Positions 59,301 through 64,000 of a DNA stretch of 64,000 bases are shown here, in pieces. The stretch is taken from positions 3,643,319-3,707,318 of the forward strand of contig CM082594.2 in the NCBI GenBank assembly GCA_040954595.2, given 5' to 3'. The stretch's first letter is position 1; each line of letters begins with the position of its first letter. The notes beneath the pieces were generated by a model. The model was given only the letters and a program-made list of their open reading frames with translations. It searched no databases and had not been told where the DNA came from. The position numbers were made by a program, and so were the translations under genes. Origin of the DNA: Balanoglossus misakiensis. Taxonomy: Eukaryota > Animalia > Hemichordata.

Positions 59301-62300
59301 CAAAACGGCCGGTGATCAGATTAATGCCATGTTGTGTTCTCATAAAATCAGAAATTGAAAAATATAGACACTTTCGTCCAATATTAGCTAACAATATCGG
59401 CCCAGCAGGCTACAACTTATTCAATTACTCGCCTTCGACCTTGGCCATTGAATTCGTACTACAACATATTAAAGCCGCAATGCACATAAACACACTTTTC
59501 AGGACCAACCACCATGTTCGTTCAGTTGTTGTGAATGTTGTTTTCGCAACTGATTTTTCAATAACATACAGTCATGTAGGGTATGGTAATGCAAAAAGGA
59601 ACACCTCCCTTAGTATCAACTTACGGGTGCAACGGAAGGCGGGCGAAATTTGAGAAGTCGGCCCAGTTTCATTATCCAATTTTGTGATCATTAAACACGC
59701 TGTCATTTTCTGTGGGGTTTTTTGTTCCTAAGGTCTCAAATACATCCCTTTTATCAAACTAACAGAAATGATTCATTGGATTTGAAATAGCTATCGACAT
59801 TCGAGGAGGCAAAATGACGACGTCACTGTCCTTCGCTTTTCTAACAGACATTGTACTACTATAAGTTGATTCAATTAAGCTACCAAGGCTGCAGGACTTA
59901 ACAAACCATCTTGCAATCAGCTGTGCATGTTAGTCATTAAAAAGTACAAACCTCGCTGAAGTCAGATGCCGTACTGACATCAAAGATTATAATTCCAGCG
60001 GTACATAACCAGCCAAGTTCATTGAAGCACACTTGGCAAAGAATTACTCAGTCAAGTTGTCCTTTGCGAAGCAGTCAAAACCGACGTCGTTGTAACAATT
60101 TAGTATCAACTCTGTCGGAAATTGCCTTGTCACTGGCAAATGGGACAATTAATCAATAAAGGCTTTTCGTACGAAGTTTTGTTTGAAGGACGTGTCAACA
60201 TCACGTCCGACTTCCCCCTTCGAGTTCCGAACGTGGATTGCCATCGTGGGACTTGCATTTACGTGGGAACACAAGAGAAAGGTGCGTTCACCTTTTGATG
60301 CGTCAATATTTTCACAGCACGTGTTTGATTTCAATCGTTTGGCGGTTAACGGTGTATGTTGAGATGGAGAGAGTTGTGGCGAAACAAACGAGCAAGACGA
60401 GAGCATTGCATAGTTAGCACTTCTCCCATCAGTGAGAGGATCCGTGGGCACGTCCGTCTGAATCCAGACCAGAAACTGCAGCTCTCCTGCCTTGCGATTG
60501 TGATCAAGCGATGCATCATCCTCCAATATTTGTTCGCAATCGCCAACGGATTACTTGTAAGCCACGTGCTTTTTGAGTATCTAATGCAGTATCTATCCCC
60601 GTGCGCAGAATGGCAGTCCAGATGTTAATCATTCACCGCGCATGTCAATAAATCATGTGATACCATGCACCAAACAAATGTGAAATCATGACACATGCCC
60701 CATTGTTTGGTTTGGTGAAATCATGACGTACGACCTATAATACCGAATACGGATACGACAGCGGAATCCTGCTGACTATAATACTATTAATAGCAATAGC
60801 TCGAATCAATGCGTTATGGTCGGTCACAATGTACGTGCGCTGCTACAAACATGTTTCAGCGCCAAGATCAAGATTGTCGTAATAAGGCATGTTTCGCAAA
60901 TGTTGTTAATTTATGACAAAAAATGTCATTATAGAAATACAGAAATCCTTCCTGGCCATTTATGTCAACTTTATCGTTCTTTCCGGCGAACAGAAGCAAC
61001 GGGGTTTACAATCCAGTTTCACCCCCCCCCCCCCCCGCCCAGTAGCAGTCACGGTGCAATCCATGCACGTTATCGTTTAGGGAGTTTTGTGACCTTTTAC
61101 AATTTCCGTTATTGATAACTTTAATTTGTAGTGGTTCGTTCCTCTGATCCAAAAACTCACATTTTTCATTTCGGGAATTGTTACACGTCTGAACGCAGCA
61201 TTAAAAATATACCATCTGTAGCTGTTTGGGATCAGTTTTTTGTCTTGTGGAATTGGCAAAATATTGTTCCATACATTTCTGATGCACAAGGTATACGAGG
61301 ATCATTTTCAGAATCATACAGGACACGTCTGCAACATTAGACATTGTTTTTAAATCAAGTCGAATCCATAAAATCCGATCTTGTACATTATGAACCAAAG
61401 TCTAACTATTTCGAAAATCATTCATTATTAACATACTTTTTTTCCAAAGCTGCTGTACAGCTTCATGTATATTCTCTAGGGCAAATGTGCCAAGGTTCTG
61501 ACAGAACTGTGTGGTGCACTACGGTTGTGATTCATATCTGCCATAGCGCGATACTAAGATTGGCAATTTTCGCTCTTATTATTTTTCCATTATATCATTA
61601 AGTATTCTCAGGTAAAGTTAAATTAGGTTTAGGATACTCGGAGACGCGGGAATGCACCCATTAAATTCATCGCAATGCCCCTCAAGCGGCTGTTGCATGC
61701 TTTGAGTGTAGTGGGTATGATTAAGTTAATCGCCCTAAACTTATTATATCCGAGGGCACAAATAATTAAAGACCAATAAACCAAGTGCATGACTATATAT
61801 AACGGACCATAAATGTAGCGGATTTATAGAGTCTCAAGGACTTCAAATTAACAGTCAAATGCTTGACTGTTAACATCATATGCCAAAATAAACAACATTA
61901 GCCAACACTGGGCAACACTTGTCTCGTCCCAAGTATCATGTCCAGTTGTTTCGGGAATATAACAGAACAAGGTCTTGACATGTACTTGCAAGCAAACTTA
62001 TAAGAACAAGCGTTTTAGAATAAAAGTAAAACGCACAGGAACGCAAAAATTACATTAGAACATTTAAGAATTAAAGTCAGCGACGTGACTCTGCTAATGG
62101 CAATAGAAGTTGGTTGGAAATTTAACCATTCGAAAATGATGTGCTACAAAATATTTTTACGAGGTATATCAGTTCATTTAGCTCATAGTTTAATGTTTTC
62201 AAGTAATATGTTTAAAACTCAAAAATGACAAAGCTATTACAAAGGTAACACGGTAACTCTTGGTCGTTGACCTTGAGCGATGTGGGGGGGGGGGGGTTGT

Positions 62301-62591
62301 GCTTTGGTAATAAAACCGATAATTGCTTGATGTATCTTATTCCGATAACAGAAGCAAATTGCACTCGTAAAATACGACTGCCAGATTTGGTTGCCGCGAC
62401 AGTGACCGAATTTTAAATGTTTTATTGCTTGTGATGTACATGTATTGCGCCAATTAAAAGCCACCCTACCCCCCCCCCCCCCCAGTTACATTTCTGGCAA
62501 AAGAAAGGAGATCCCCGGGGTGATGTTTTCAATTTTAAAAAATATATTCAAATCGCCATCTTTGTTCAGTAACTATGGGCAACCGGCCTAT

Positions 62592-62967
62592 AAAGGTAAT
62601 ATGCACCCCGGGGGCACACTTGCATTAAAAATTATAGTCCCTAGCCCTCAAACCTTTCTATTCTTTGCTATATTAAAGTGAACCAATGGGAGACTTTTTG
62701 GAAACAAAGAAGAAATCAGGGTGTTCACCGTCTTGGTTTTTTGACTAAAAAATAGTTAAATTATCTTCATAGAGTTAACATTGAATTTGGCGGCCATTTT
62801 GAATTTCGAATTTGAGACTAATTTTCCCGCTCATTCTTGCTCAACATGTTGAACGATGACTTCAAATGTTATTATCAATTTTAAGGCGGAAAAAAACTGA
62901 AGTTTCAAGTTTCCTTGAGAAATATATAAGAAAAAGTGTGACAGATTTTGAGGCACATATTACCTTT
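62592..62967. mobile_element. ~375-bp non-autonomous DNA transposon (MITE) with TIRs
   Basis: Left aaaggtaatatgcacccc vs reverse complement of right end aaaggtaatatgtgcctc; internal catagagttaaca...tggcggccattttgaattt. Confidence 0.8.
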
Positions 62968-64000
62968 CTCTTTACATACAGAAGGTTACATGTGTACATC
63001 TCACTTGACGTATCAAATAAAGTAACATTTCTAATTCGTGATAACTATTGTCTCCTAAATATTGGAGCCCTTTAAAAGCATGGAGAAAGGATCAATGCAA
63101 AACAATCCACTATAATGGGAGATACGTACTTATTCCATTTTTGAATAGATCGAATAAACCGATTCGCCGTGACCATGAATTGTTTTAGGAAAATCCCCGA
63201 TGGACAGGCATCTATGAACTGTTGCTAGGTAACCCAAGAGCATCCGTTGGTCAAAAACCAATATATTAGACAAATAATTGGCGTAACAAATTGTGACATG
63301 TTTATTCAGTACAGCTGCTGAAAGGATAATTCACACTGTCACAGACAGATGAAAAGTGCCTAATTTGCATACCGTGCTGCAGACCCTCATGGCTCAACTG
63401 TGGTATTTTGTTTGTAGAAGAGGGTGTCCACCCGCTGTGTCAGATTATTTGATCAGCGTGAACGCAGTTTTGTTGCGAAAACGGCGCCATTTCCGCTGTC
63501 ACGTGAGAGCTTCCAGGCACTAACTCAACGATGGACGTATGTGTTGAAACGGCGCACTGACGGAAACATCGCTTTATCAAGTCCTTCAAACTAAAAACAC
63601 GGGCCTTAAGGGAAGTGTCGCATTGCTTAGGGCTGGATCTGTGATTGAGAAATAGCAACCCCCGTCATTTGGTGCTTCCTGTGTTTCATACGTTGACAAC
63701 TGATTGATGATATTACCGTTTCCATGGCTATGTATTGAATTACGCGTTTCTATTGTGTGTGTTTTTCTCAACATAACCTTGGGATGTGTGCTTTGGAGTG
63801 TTAATTTTGCTCCCTCTTGCGTCACGTGGTATCTTGTTGTAGGGGGCACACTTACTGTCATTTGAGAAACTTTAAAACACCACGTTGTTAAAATTGTAAT
63901 TCAACATGCAAGTGTGGTGAGCGGCTAGTTTTTCATAGTCATAAACAAATTCGCACTTACAACTGGTGTATGATTCCACTGTAGACACTGTGGTTTGATA

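Noticed and set aside
60149-60526. 125-aa minus-strand ORF (and the 126-aa ORF at 59273-59653)
   Set aside because: No recognisable motif or splice support; length compatible with chance in 64 kb

Overview
Eukaryotic, AT-rich (about 38-40% GC by eye) invertebrate genomic DNA with GT-AG introns. Repeat style, recalled rather than searched, suggests a marine deuterostome such as an enteropneust hemichordate. The first 6.3 kb holds two convergent genes: the last three coding exons of an unidentified + strand gene, and a complete 5-exon dihydrofolate reductase gene (DHFR, 188 aa, minus strand, 2703-6300). The remaining ~57 kb has no recognisable host coding exon. It looks like the regulatory region or long first introns of a + strand gene: three ATGG|GTGAGT candidate first-exon ends and an unusually dense set of palindromic RFX X-box motifs. 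It also carries a young 5'-truncated L1/Tx1 LINE with target-site duplication (TSD), an RT relic, a tRNA-derived SINE, MITEs and microsatellites. Almost all entries in the ORF track are spurious. I found no CRISPR array, tRNA, rRNA or clearly novel enzymatic system. The best leads are regulatory and structural.
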